Shown here piece by piece: positions 23,972 through 33,394 of a stretch of DNA of 54,735 nucleotides (the first letter of the stretch is position 1; each line of letters opens with the position of its first letter). A model generated the notes under the pieces. The model was not told the DNA's origin, ran no database searches, and was given only the letters and a program-made list of their open reading frames with translations. Made by a program: the position numbers and the translations under genes. Source of the DNA: Candidatus Nanopelagicales bacterium (GTDB lineage: Bacteria > Actinomycetota > Actinomycetes > S36-B12); the NCBI GenBank assembly GCA_041689915.1, contig JBDNFH010000055.1, forward strand, positions 1 through 54,735, written 5' to 3'.

Positions 23972-25157
23972 TTGGATTTTGATTGGTGCCCTTGCGATAT
24001 TTGCCTGGGCCGGTTGGCGCCAAGGGTTCGTTGCCGGGGTGCTGAGTTTTGCGGGGTTTCTTGGCGGAGGCATCGCAGCCCTGATGTGGCTGCCAAGCCT
24101 GATTAAATCTTTCGTCACTGATCAAACGATTTCGGTAATTGTTTTGGGAATAGCAGTCCTGGCTAGCGCGATCCTTGGCCAGGTGTTGTTTTCAATTCTT
24201 GGCCGCCGCCTACGTGAGCATTTGACCTGGCGACCGGTAAAGTTTGTGGACTCATTTGCCGGATCGGCGCTCAATGTTTTAGCGTTTGCATTAGTCGGCT
24301 GGGTCATCGCCAGTGTGCTTGTCTTTTTGCCGATAAATTCAATAGCGGGCCAGATTGGCCAGTCCCAAGTGCTGTCAACCCTTGACGCAATTGTCCCTAA
24401 TCAAGCCAGGACGTTGTTCAAAAATGTCAGCACACTTGTTGGACAAACGGGAATACCAAGAATCGTAACCGGTTTCGGGCAAGACCAGTCATTGGAAGTT
24501 GCAGAGCCCGATGCGGGCATTTCCCGCGATGTATTCCCGGTAATTGAAACCTTCACGGTTCGACTTACAGGTGATGCACCGGAATGCAAGCAGAGTGTTT
24601 CTGGCTCTGGCTTCTACTTCGCTCCCGGTCGGCTCCTGACAAATGCGCATGTCGTTGCCGGTGTACAAGACTTGCAAGTTCGCCTCACCGGCTTGGAGAA
24701 CTCAGTTCCTGGTCAGGTTATTTTATTTGACCCGCAAAAAGACGTCGCCGTAATTGCAACAGAAGAACGTGATACTCGAGTTGCGCTATTTGCTCGTGGG
24801 AAAGCAAAAGTTGGTGAAAGCGCCGCAGTGGCAGGCTACCCGGGCGGCGGGAATCTCTCGGTAACTCCCGCCCGAATCAGCGGAATTTTGAGTGCGCGTG
24901 GTGAAAACATCTATGGTGACATTGGGGTCGAGCGTAACGTGTATTCACTCCGATCCAAAGTAATTCCTGGTAATAGTGGAGGACCGTTGGTGAGCAGCCA
25001 TGGTCAAGTTCTTGGTCTTGTATTTGGTTCCAATACTGATTCAGATATTGGCTACGCGCTAACTAACGGTGAATTGCAAGGCGCGATTGACTTTGCAAAC
25101 TCTTGGACACAAGCTAGCGGTGCTGTAGACACAGGAAGTTGCCAATTAAGGGACTGA
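23958..25157 (+). CDS. marP: MarP family membrane serine protease
   Basis: CvpA-like TM N-terminus, TNAHVV, GNSGGP. Confidence 0.9.
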   Translation: MNTVDWILIGALAIFAWAGWRQGFVAGVLSFAGFLGGGIAALMWLPSLIKSFVTDQTISVIVLGIAVLASAILGQVLFSILGRRLREHLTWRPVKFVDSFAGSALNVLAFALVGWVIASVLVFLPINSIAGQIGQSQVLSTLDAIVPNQARTLFKNVSTLVGQTGIPRIVTGFGQDQSLEVAEPDAGISRDVFPVIETFTVRLTGDAPECKQSVSGSGFYFAPGRLLTNAHVVAGVQDLQVRLTGLENSVPGQVILFDPQKDVAVIATEERDTRVALFARGKAKVGESAAVAGYPGGGNLSVTPARISGILSARGENIYGDIGVERNVYSLRSKVIPGNSGGPLVSSHGQVLGLVFGSNTDSDIGYALTNGELQGAIDFANSWTQASGAVDTGSCQLRD

Positions 25158-25365
25158 GCTAGTTGCTCACGCTTTCCACAGCAACCAAACTGGCAAGAAT
25201 CGGGTACACAAATTCCACTCCAATAAAACAACTGGACGCGATAAATGTTTTCTTAACTTTAATTGGAGTTCTCGGTCTTCAAGTCCTCTGAGAACTTGTG
25301 ACGCGCGATCACGAATCTCCGAAGCATTGGTCAAACTCACGCCCGTCGAATTTCAAACAATCCAA

Positions 25366-25391
25366 AGGCCGGCCGCAACCGCGGCCGGCCT
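25366..25391 (-). terminator. GC-rich hairpin, probable terminator of the OsmC-like gene
   Basis: Perfect 11-bp stem AGGCCGGCCGC-aacc-GCGGCCGGCCT. Confidence 0.65.
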
Positions 25392-25455
25392 AAGAAAAGA
25401 AGAAGAACCTGTTCAACCAAACTCGCGGCAGACCCGGCTGATTCTCTGTAGTTTC

Positions 25456-26004
25456 TTAATCCTCGTTATATGTGTGGGTCGCTCGAACAGGAACGCCCAC
25501 TGTTAGGAGGTCGAGTACTGGGCAATGCTCATTTACGAGTTTGGTTAGGTGCGCATATCGCTCATCCGTCTCAGGACCGGTAATTTTTACCGCCATATCG
25601 ATTGATTGATATCCTGGTCGAACATCTGGGTTTAGCCCAAAGAAGCCCTGCACATCTAAATCTCCCTCAAGCGTGATTTCAATTGTATCGACAGCGATTC
25701 CCAATTTTGCTGCCCACACCTGGTAAGTGATTACATTGCATGAGCCAAGGGAGGCCAGTAAATGTTCAACCGGACTCGCAGCAAGATTTGTTCCACCTAA
25801 AGTTGGAGGTTCGTCGATGGTGTATTCATGCGTACCTGATCGCACGCTTACTTCAGTTGTGGTACCTGCGACTAGCGTCGTCGTCGTTTTCGGCCTGACG
25901 ACCGCCAACTTTTTATCATTATTTATCGCTGCCGTGGTCGCATTTATTACTTCAACCAAGATCTCTTCTGGTGACAATTGAGTTTCAATGGTGCTGTTAG
26001 TCAT
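25456..26004 (-). CDS. OsmC family protein
   Basis: IDEPPTLGGTNLAASPVEHLLASLGSC...HCPVLD; AGGAG SD. Confidence 0.88.
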   Translation of the reverse strand: MTNSTIETQLSPEEILVEVINATTAAINNDKKLAVVRPKTTTTLVAGTTTEVSVRSGTHEYTIDEPPTLGGTNLAASPVEHLLASLGSCNVITYQVWAAKLGIAVDTIEITLEGDLDVQGFFGLNPDVRPGYQSIDMAVKITGPETDERYAHLTKLVNEHCPVLDLLTVGVPVRATHTYNED

Positions 26005-26067
26005 TTCTTTTTCTCCTATGTTTTATGAATGGCAATTGGTTAATGGCAATCGGGTTGAACTCATAGA

Positions 26068-26148
26068 TCAACAAAAGCCATTTGCGCAGACATAAAGCAA
26101 ATCAATATACAGCCGTCGAGTAAAGAAGAATGCAGGGATGACGCTCAT
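26068..26148 (-). CDS. Putative Cys-containing attenuator leader peptide (26 aa)
   Basis: MSVIPAFFFTRRLYIDLLYVCANGFC*, resembling actinobacterial 'TRRxHIDLxRVxxAxC' leaders; SD-like AAAGGGG upstream; 63 nt ahead of the OsmC start. Confidence 0.65.
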   Translation of the reverse strand: MSVIPAFFFTRRLYIDLLYVCANGFC

Positions 26149-26339
26149 ATCAAAGTGCCCCTTTATCCTTCCTCACTTCGGAATGGCATTGAATCTTCCA
26201 CCCGGTTAGATCGACTCAAATATTTCTGTGAACTTACATGAGTAAATCGAAAAGTGCAACATGCAAATACCTTGCAATAACTCTTAAAAAACTTTTGCAG
26301 AAATAAAGCATCTAAGATTGTTTCGCAATAATAGAGTGA

Positions 26340-26463
26340 TGGGACTGCCCCCGGTTTGGTTGACACTTGGGGTTGATGGTTCTTAAGCCGCGTGTGCGGT
26401 TGTGTGGATTGTTTCAAACTGCACGGGTGTGAGTTTGCCCAGGGTGCGTTGGCGGCATCGGCG
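26340..26463 (-). mobile_element. IS3-family right-end remnant (transposase C-terminal tail plus terminal inverted repeat)
   Basis: Minus frame RRCRQRTLGKLTPVQFETIHTTAHAA* (26463-26383), followed by an IS3-type end TGGGACTGCCCCCGGTTTGGTTGACA at 26340. Confidence 0.72.
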
Positions 26464-26483
26464 TTTGGCCTTGACTTCGCTAG

Positions 26484-26867
26484 TCATGGCTCAAGCATTG
26501 CGGAAAAGAGGGCTTCCAGTGCAATAGAATTGACTTCGGGTGCCTTCGACGTTGAGGTGGTGAGAGTTTCGCGAGCACGATCAGCCAGCCGACTCGCGCC
26601 AAGGTGATTTCCCCGCGCCTGGTGGGTCAAGGCCGCACCCATTTGTGCACAGGCACGCCATAGGGCCCTGTCAGAATTTGGTGCGCAACGCCACCGTTGT
26701 TCGGCAACTTCATGGACATGGAAAGGCAATCCTTGGGCAAGGTAGTCGGTGATCTCGCTCCATGCCTGATCGCACGAAATGTAGTCGCGCTCGGGGACCT
26801 GAGGGAAAGAGTCGGTATTAATTGTGTCACCGCGAAGTGGTCTACCAAGTCGGTCTCGTGCTTGCAT
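26484..26867 (-). CDS. DUF309 domain protein
   Basis: ARDRLGRPL, GLPFHVHEVAEQRW, ALTHQARGN; GGAG SD. Confidence 0.8.
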   Translation of the reverse strand: MQARDRLGRPLRGDTINTDSFPQVPERDYISCDQAWSEITDYLAQGLPFHVHEVAEQRWRCAPNSDRALWRACAQMGAALTHQARGNHLGASRLADRARETLTTSTSKAPEVNSIALEALFSAMLEP

Positions 26868-26880
26868 GTTTGTCTCTCCG

Positions 26881-27792
26881 CTACGTGATTGCATGTTGGC
26901 GCAACCAAGGAAGGAGTAATTCGGCAAAAGCATGCGGGTTTTCTTCATGGGGGAAGTGACCTGTCGGCATGATGTGTCGTGTGTATGAAGCGCTCACCAT
27001 TGACTGGTTCTCGACAAGGTCATGAATAATCATGGGGTCATGTTCACCGAAAATATCCAGTACCGGAACGCTGATGGGTTGTTCAATTGAATCTTGGAAA
27101 CGTCGGCCATCACTACGGTACAGAGAGCGGATTGCCCAACGGTGAAATTCAATTGCCGTGTGGGCTGTCGGCCAATTTTGATAGGCGGCTTGAATGACGT
27201 CTCGCACGTCGGAGGTCACCCAGGAGGGGTCATGCGAGTACCTCTCCAAAAAGTCTCCAATATTGGTGCCACCATTTTTGGTGTAGTAGCGCTCTGGAAT
27301 AAACGGCAATTGGAGCCGGGCGAGATAAGACATACCGGAACGTTGCGCATTGTTGCGTAGGAGTGAATTACGCAGCACGCGCGGATGTGCACCAGCAACG
27401 CTGACAAGAGCGGCAACAGCGTCAGGATTTTGCGCGGCCATGGTCCAGCCAATTACTGACCCGACACCATGCCCGACCACTGTTGCTTTGGCTTCCCCTA
27501 GTGAACGAATAACGCTCACGCAGTCACGAGCCAGCGTGGTGGGGTCGTATCCCTGGGGTGGGTGATCAGAGCCACCGTAACCACGCAAGTCCATTGCAAT
27601 TACCCGGTAGCCAGCGGTAGCAAGGGGCGCGATTAACTCACGCCACGTCCACCAGAAACTTGGGAAACCGTGCAAAAGCAAAACAGCGGGACCAGAACCC
27701 ATGTCAACAATGTGGAATCGGGCGCCATTAGCAGAAACATTGCGGTGGGTCCATGGACCGGTTGTGGCAATTGCTGCGTCAGGAGTGATCAC
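26881..27792 (-). CDS. Alpha/beta fold hydrolase (epoxide hydrolase-like)
   Basis: LLHGFP, DLRGYGGSD, GHGVG nucleophile elbow (atypical), GHFPHEE. Confidence 0.88.
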   Translation of the reverse strand: MITPDAAIATTGPWTHRNVSANGARFHIVDMGSGPAVLLLHGFPSFWWTWRELIAPLATAGYRVIAMDLRGYGGSDHPPQGYDPTTLARDCVSVIRSLGEAKATVVGHGVGSVIGWTMAAQNPDAVAALVSVAGAHPRVLRNSLLRNNAQRSGMSYLARLQLPFIPERYYTKNGGTNIGDFLERYSHDPSWVTSDVRDVIQAAYQNWPTAHTAIEFHRWAIRSLYRSDGRRFQDSIEQPISVPVLDIFGEHDPMIIHDLVENQSMVSASYTRHIMPTGHFPHEENPHAFAELLLPWLRQHAIT

Positions 27793-27805
27793 GTAGATGT
27801 GTGAG

Positions 27806-28189
27806 TTATTTGCCGAGTGCTGTGAGTGACTCGGAAGTTTTCTTCCATTCCGCACGGGCCATCGTAGGGGCCTTGACGTCTTTGCCTTTGCTCTTGATCA
27901 GTAGCCCAAGGATCCCGGCCACGAGGAAGAGCACTACGGCAACAATAAGGAAGCCAGCCCAAACGGGGAGGCCCAATGCCACTAGGGCATAGGCAATTGT
28001 GATTAAAACAAAAATCCCACCCATGCCGATTAACGACAGGGCGATAATTGCCAGAAGTGAAATTCGGCCAATTGTCTTACTGGTTTGGGAAAGTTCTGTT
28101 GTTGTCAGGTTTACCTGGGCGGTGAGAAGGTGTTTACCGTCGCTGATCGTGTTTGCGACCAATTGCTTCAAACTCGGTTGTGACGCCAT
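27806..28189 (-). CDS. Actinobacterial holin-X (phage holin family) membrane protein
   Basis: Two TM segments with LPVWAGFLIV; conserved nhaA-holinX-hydrolase context. Confidence 0.75.
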   Translation of the reverse strand: MASQPSLKQLVANTISDGKHLLTAQVNLTTTELSQTSKTIGRISLLAIIALSLIGMGGIFVLITIAYALVALGLPVWAGFLIVAVVLFLVAGILGLLIKSKGKDVKAPTMARAEWKKTSESLTALGK

Positions 28190-28214
28190 GTTAATCCCCT
28201 TCCAAGCCCGAAGG

Positions 28215-29516
28215 TTACCGTGGTTCAGAGTTAGATTCGGGTTCACCCTGCTGATACACGTCAGGAATGCCATCTTGATCCAGATCGGACTCTTCAATTT
28301 CCGCCAACCGTGCATACTCGCGACCACGTGCGAGCAAGAAGAAGGCAGCTATCGAGGCGGCAATAACTGAAGCAACCAGCACCGCGATTTTGGCGCTTTC
28401 AAGGTAGAGCTCGTTATCGGCGTACCCCAATTCGCTAATGAGCAGGGCAACTGTGAAACCGACACCAGCCAAGAACCCGACCGCCGTGACATCACGCCAT
28501 GCGATCCCCGGACTCAAAGTTGCGCGGGTGAACCGGGCCATGAGCCAAGCCATTCCAACAACGCCAATGGGCTTACCAAGAACTAGGCCGATCATGATTC
28601 CTAATGCGATGGGAGATTGCAAGGGTTCGATGATCCCGGTGGCCCGTAAATCAACGCCGGCGGCGAAGAGCGCAAAGACAGGAATTGCGAATCCAGCACT
28701 GATTGGGTGGACCGCGTGAATCAACGTGTCAGCAGGTGATTGCTTCTCGCCAGGGTCCAGCCGAACTCGTGTTAGGAACCCAAATGCAACACCAGCGACC
28801 GTTGCATGAATCCCACTCTTGTAACAGAAATACCAGCCAATGATTACCAGGGGGATGTAAATAATTGGCGACGAAATGCGGTATTTCTGCAGCAACCAGT
28901 AGGCGAGCAGTGCGGCTAAGAATCCCCCGAACCAGAGCATTGCAAACTTATCCGAGTAGAAAATTGCAATAACGCTGATAGCGCCAAGGTCGTCAACGAC
29001 AGCGAGTGTGAGTAAGAATGCGCGCAGCGCAATGGGAAGTTTACGACCGAATATGGCGAGGACCGCCAGTGCAAATGCAATGTCGGTCGCCATGGGAATT
29101 CCCCAGCCATGCAGTGAGCCGCCGGCTAGCGTGGCGTTTACAACAACGTAGATAAGTGCTGGTACAAGCATGCCGCCAAGTGCTGCGGCGGCAGGGACGA
29201 TCGCTTGGGCGGGTTTGGACAGGGATCCGAGAACTAACTCATGTTTGAGTTCTAATCCAACAACAAAGAAGAAAATTGCTAGCAGAGCGTCGGCTGCCCA
29301 AATCCCTAGTGAGAGATTCAAGCCGAGATCAGCCGGTCCAATTGTGTAATGAACCAAATCGAAATAACTGTCCCCCCAGGGGGAGTTCGCCCAAATCAGA
29401 GCTAGGATTGCGGCAAACAGCAGGATCGCGCCACCAACGGTTTCATCACGCAACTGGCTAAGTAGCCATCCCCGTTCACCAAGGCTTGGACGCGACAAAA
29501 TCTCGTTATTGGCCAC
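28215..29516 (-). CDS. nhaA: Na+/H+ antiporter NhaA
   Basis: FFFVVGLELK, IPMATDIAFA, LAVVDDLGA, GVGFTVALLI. Confidence 0.95.
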   Translation of the reverse strand: MANNEILSRPSLGERGWLLSQLRDETVGGAILLFAAILALIWANSPWGDSYFDLVHYTIGPADLGLNLSLGIWAADALLAIFFFVVGLELKHELVLGSLSKPAQAIVPAAAALGGMLVPALIYVVVNATLAGGSLHGWGIPMATDIAFALAVLAIFGRKLPIALRAFLLTLAVVDDLGAISVIAIFYSDKFAMLWFGGFLAALLAYWLLQKYRISSPIIYIPLVIIGWYFCYKSGIHATVAGVAFGFLTRVRLDPGEKQSPADTLIHAVHPISAGFAIPVFALFAAGVDLRATGIIEPLQSPIALGIMIGLVLGKPIGVVGMAWLMARFTRATLSPGIAWRDVTAVGFLAGVGFTVALLISELGYADNELYLESAKIAVLVASVIAASIAAFFLLARGREYARLAEIEESDLDQDGIPDVYQQGEPESNSEPR

Positions 29517-29561
29517 CAGGCCACCCTACTAACACGTGTTGAGACGCGATATTGCGTGTAA

Positions 29562-31526
29562 TTATTCGTCAGAACTGGAGGCCTCAAGCCCCGCGGAAAT
29601 CAGATTCATAACTGCAGGATCAGCAAGGGTTGTCGAATCTCCCAAACTGCGGTGCTCGGCAACATCTTGCAGTAGTCGTCGCAGGATTTTTCCCGAGCGA
29701 GTCTTAGGGAGTTCAGGAACGATCATGATCTTTCGCGGTTTTGCAATTGGACCGATTTCGGTAGCAACGTGATTGCGAAGTTCAGCAACCAGGCTGGTTC
29801 CGTCGGCACCTTCCATTCCACCACGCAAAATCACGAAAGCAACAATTGCTTGGCCGGTGGTTTCATCAGCTGCGCCGACAACAGCGGCTTCAGCAACGGA
29901 GGGGTGAGAGACAAGGGCTGACTCAACTTCTGTTGTTGAAATGCGATGCCCGGAAACATTCATCACGTCGTCGACCCGGCCCAGTAACCAAATTGCCCCG
30001 TCGTCATCAAGTTTTGCGCCGTCACCCGCGAAGTAATACTGCGGCCACTTGGACCAGTACGTATCAATGAAGCGTTGGTTATCTCCCCAGATCCCGCGCA
30101 ACATTGCTGGCCACGGTTCGGTGAGAACGAGGAAGCCTCCGTGGCCATTTCCCAGGGGTGTTCCCGCTTCATCGACGATCCCGACCTCGATTCCGGGAAG
30201 TGCACGCATTGCCGATCCAGGTTTGGTGGCAGTGATGCCAGGTAACGGCGAAATCATTATGCCGCCGGTTTCGGTTTGCCACCAGGTATCAACGACCGGG
30301 CAGTTGTTGCCGCCAATTACCGAGCGGTACCACATCCAGGCTTCAGGGTTAATGGGCTCGCCAACTGATCCGAGTACGCGAAGTGAACTCAGGTCATGTG
30401 ATTGAGGTAGTTCGTCCCCCCACTTCATGAACGTGCGAATTGCGGTCGGCGCCGTGTAAAGAATTGTGACGCCATGTTTTTCCACGATGTCCCACCAGCG
30501 ATCCTTGGCGGGAGTGTCCGGCGTGCCTTCATAAATCACTTGGGTGACACGGTTCGCAAGCGGGCCGTAAACAATGTACGAGTGGCCGGTTACCCAACCA
30601 ATATCTGCGGTGCACCAATACACATCGGTGTCAGGCTTAAGGTCAAATACGTCGTGATGCGTGTAGGCAACTTGGGTTAGGTAGCCACCGGTCGTGTGCA
30701 AAATCCCTTTTGGCTGACCGGTGGTTCCCGAGGTGTACAAAATAAATAGCGGGTGTTCTGAATCAAACGCAACGGGAGTGTGCGCGGGTGATTGGTTCTC
30801 AACGAACTCGTGCCACCAGACATCTTTTTCGGTCCATGCAACGTCATTTCCGCAACGTTTAACAACCCAAACATTCTTTACCGAGGGACTTGCAGCCACT
30901 GCTTCATCAACTGCGGGCTTAAGTGCCATGACGCTACCGCGGCGATGTTGTCCGTCTGCAGTGATCACCAATTTGGCTTGGGCGTCTTCAATTCGGCTGC
31001 GCAATGCCTCTGCGCTAAAGCCAGCGAAAACTACTGAGTGAACTGCACCAACACGAGCACATGCCAGCATGGCAACCACGGCTTCAGGAATCATCGGCAG
31101 GTAAATTGCTACTCGATCACCGGCTGTAATGCTGAGTTCCGTCAAAGCATTTGCCGCCTTGCACACGTCATCCATGAGTTCCCGGTACGTGATATTGCGT
31201 TGATCACCGGGCTCACCTTCAAACCGGAGGGCAACTTGGTCACCGTGACCGGCATGGACATGACGGTCAACACAGTTATAAGCGACATTGAGTTTGCCGC
31301 CTACGAACCATTTCGCAAAAGGCGCATCTGACCAATCAAGAACTTCCGTGAAGTCGGTATCCCAATCCAAGTCACGAGCCTGCTTGGCCCAAAAACCTAA
31401 CCGGTCAGCCGCTGCCTCGTCATACATGCCTGCGTTAGCGTTCGCGTGCGCAGAAAATTCAGCGCTAGGCGGGAAAGTCCGATCTTCATGTGAAAGATTA
31501 GACAGGGTTTCGTGGTTATCACTCAT
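29562..31526 (-). CDS. acs: Acetyl-CoA synthetase
   Basis: YTSGTTGQPKG, DTWWQTETG, LPKTRSGKILRR. Confidence 0.97.
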   Translation of the reverse strand: MSDNHETLSNLSHEDRTFPPSAEFSAHANANAGMYDEAAADRLGFWAKQARDLDWDTDFTEVLDWSDAPFAKWFVGGKLNVAYNCVDRHVHAGHGDQVALRFEGEPGDQRNITYRELMDDVCKAANALTELSITAGDRVAIYLPMIPEAVVAMLACARVGAVHSVVFAGFSAEALRSRIEDAQAKLVITADGQHRRGSVMALKPAVDEAVAASPSVKNVWVVKRCGNDVAWTEKDVWWHEFVENQSPAHTPVAFDSEHPLFILYTSGTTGQPKGILHTTGGYLTQVAYTHHDVFDLKPDTDVYWCTADIGWVTGHSYIVYGPLANRVTQVIYEGTPDTPAKDRWWDIVEKHGVTILYTAPTAIRTFMKWGDELPQSHDLSSLRVLGSVGEPINPEAWMWYRSVIGGNNCPVVDTWWQTETGGIMISPLPGITATKPGSAMRALPGIEVGIVDEAGTPLGNGHGGFLVLTEPWPAMLRGIWGDNQRFIDTYWSKWPQYYFAGDGAKLDDDGAIWLLGRVDDVMNVSGHRISTTEVESALVSHPSVAEAAVVGAADETTGQAIVAFVILRGGMEGADGTSLVAELRNHVATEIGPIAKPRKIMIVPELPKTRSGKILRRLLQDVAEHRSLGDSTTLADPAVMNLISAGLEASSSDE

Positions 31527-31649
31527 TACGGGAGCACTCCTTAAACAATATGTGGACCCAACTTACCGAAATCTCATTGCCGGCATGACGTAGATCTAAG
31601 AATCGAGGTCTTTTGCGGGAATCAAATTGCGAATATGTACCGTTGCGAC

Positions 31650-32414
31650 ATGGAGACTCCACCCCTTGACCTGGTAGCCGAATGGGTGCAGGTTCAACAA
31701 TTCACGAACGCGGCAAGAGCTGATATCGACGAACTCCTCTGGTGACGCGATATCCGGGTGGCCTCGATTGAAGTGGCTAAGACCTCAATTGCTCGAGGTG
31801 GCGCAGACTCAGTCGCCCTTGAGGGCGCCGATCTCGTTGGCGTCGAAGAATCACTCATGGGGAAGGTCCTGGCCGCAAGTTTGGCGATCACGACTGAAGC
31901 GCCAAAATTTAATGAAGTGTGGATGCGGGCACCCCTGCGGGTAATCACCGGACTTTACACCCTTGTCGCCAAAGAATTTCTTGATAAAGACAAATTGGCT
32001 CGACCAAGATTAGACCAAAATTCTGACGACCCCCTTCATATCGGGTTCCTGCCGGAGCACCAAGAAACTCCTGGGGCACTTATGCGCCTGTCCCAACAGT
32101 GTTCAAAAACAAAAGTTCCAGCCGTGATTGAAGCCGGGTACGTTCATGGAGAAATCATGCGACTGCGTCCGTTCGCCTGGGGATCAGGACTCGTCGCTCG
32201 CGCAACGGTGCGCACTGTCCTGAGTGCCCGCAGCCTTGATCCTTCCAACTTTTCCATCCCCGAAAACGGAATGTTCGAATCAACCCGAACCGCCTACGTC
32301 ACGGCAATCAGGGACTTTGCCACTGGAACCCAACCGGGAATTGAGAGTTACTTCAAGTGGTTTTCGGCCAGCCTTGGGCTCGGCGCCAGGGCCGTTAGTT
32401 ATCCACAGGCATAG
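31650..32414 (+). pseudogene. Fic-like/oxidoreductase (Rv3662c-like) gene interrupted by an in-frame TGA
   Basis: TACCGT-N6-ATG at 31650 gives METPPLDLVAEWVQVQQFTNAARADIDELLW*RDIRVAS..., continuing in frame into ORF 31758-32414 with degenerate Fic motif RPFAWGSGLVAR. Confidence 0.7.
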
Positions 32415-32449
32415 TTGCTGAACATTGGAATCATGACCATCATTTGTTG

Positions 32450-33121
32450 ATGAAGCAAATCAAGCCCACTGCCATTGTCTATGTCGATGGTTTTAATCTT
32501 TATAAAGGCCAACTTCAAAAACGTCCCGGCAATAAATGGCTTGACTTAGTTTCACTATTTGACAGTCTGCTGGTGGATCATGAAGTACTGAGGGTTCACT
32601 ACTTCACGGCGCGAATCCTTGGTCGATTAAATCCTGAAGATCCGAAGGCTCCGAATCGTCAAGATAATTACATTAGGGCTCTGAAAAGCTTGGATCGAAT
32701 CACGGTGCATGACGACTCCCGCTTCGCGATCCATCCCGGTCATGCACGCGAATATATTAATGGGAAAGAAACGCCTCCATACACATGGCATTCGGTCTAC
32801 AAGATTCAAGAGAAAGGTTCTGATGTCAAGTTAGCATCGCAATTGCTATTAGATGCTTTTGATAATCTTGCCGATACATACGTGATTGTAAGCAACGATT
32901 CTGATTTAGCTAAGCCGATAGAAATCGTGAAACTGCGATTTGGCGCCAAAGTTGGGGCGGTGTATCCGCGTGATCAACGAACGAGTCACTTCGTGAAGGC
33001 CGGCATTGATTGGGAAATCTTCCTTCACCCAGCGTTGGCGGAGGCTCATCAGTTGCCCAACCCCATTCCCCGCGCAAGGGGCAAGATCATTAAGAGGCCG
33101 GAACAGTGGGTCAAAGAATGA
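32450..33121 (+). CDS. NYN domain (LabA/DUF88, PIN-like) ribonuclease
   Basis: Intact acidic motifs YVDGFN, EKGSDV, SNDSDL; lower GC than the flanking genes; TTGCTG-N17-CATCAT-N6-ATG. Confidence 0.88.
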   Translation: MKQIKPTAIVYVDGFNLYKGQLQKRPGNKWLDLVSLFDSLLVDHEVLRVHYFTARILGRLNPEDPKAPNRQDNYIRALKSLDRITVHDDSRFAIHPGHAREYINGKETPPYTWHSVYKIQEKGSDVKLASQLLLDAFDNLADTYVIVSNDSDLAKPIEIVKLRFGAKVGAVYPRDQRTSHFVKAGIDWEIFLHPALAEAHQLPNPIPRARGKIIKRPEQWVKE

Positions 33122-33176
33122 AGCAGGGCCTCGCCTAAGCGAGGCCCTGAGCCTGTCCTAAAGGAGCAGGTGTTGT
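33118..33176 (-). ncRNA. Putative NYN-associated small RNA, copy 1
   Basis: Predicted TSS 33176: ACAACA, bulged hairpin CCUG(C)UCC-UUUA-GGACAGG, CU, 11-bp hairpin CAGGGCCUCGC-UUAG-GCGAGGCCCUG, pyrimidine-rich tail. Confidence 0.65.
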
Positions 33177-33182
33177 GAGAAA

Positions 33183-33212
33183 ATTGTAAAGCACCTTCTC
33201 CCAATATGTCAA
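33183..33212 (-). promoter_or_regulatory. Sigma70-type promoter for sRNA copy 1
   Basis: TTGACA (33212-33207), N18, TACAAT (33188-33183). Confidence 0.75.
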
Positions 33213-33248
33213 TTTTAAGTTTTACGATTTAGGTGCGAGAGCTGCCGG

Positions 33249-33326
33249 GAATTGCTGGACGTGATTCACCGAGCAAAGGGTAATCCAATGAGAAGACCAG
33301 AAAAATGGAGCAAGAATATTGGTTAG
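33249..33326 (+). pseudogene. C-terminal remnant of a second NYN gene
   Basis: ELLDVIHRAKGNPMRRPEKWSKNIG* aligns without gaps to the NYN tail QLPNPIPRARGKIIKRPEQWVKE* (9 of 20 identical). Confidence 0.7.
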
Positions 33327-33331
33327 GGGAT

Positions 33332-33388
33332 AAAAGCAGGGCCTCGCTTAGGCGAGGCCCTGAGCCTGTCCAAAGGATCAGGGGGTGT
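33332..33388 (-). ncRNA. Putative NYN-associated small RNA, copy 2
   Basis: Predicted TSS 33388: ACACCC, CCUG(A)UCC-UUU-GGACAGG, CU, CAGGGCCUCGC-CUAA-GCGAGGCCCUG, CUUUU. Confidence 0.65.
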
Positions 33389-33394
33389 CTATAA

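Noticed and set aside
25297-25313. CRP-like site TGTGA-N7-TCACG
   Set aside because: The spacer is 7 rather than 6 nt, and it lies between convergent gene ends.
27806-28189. 'Phage holin' read as evidence of a prophage
   Set aside because: Holin-X family genes are chromosomal in this conserved nhaA/hydrolase context; no phage genes nearby.
33124-33149. Hairpin read as simply the NYN gene terminator
   Set aside because: There is no U-tract on the + strand and the pyrimidine tail is on the - strand. A plain terminator would not explain the second conserved bulged hairpin or the matched promoters. Not fully excluded.
33121-33382. Two palindromic repeats read as a mini CRISPR array
   Set aside because: Only two ~50-bp units about 160 bp apart; the spacer is a promoter plus an NYN gene remnant; no cas genes in the window.
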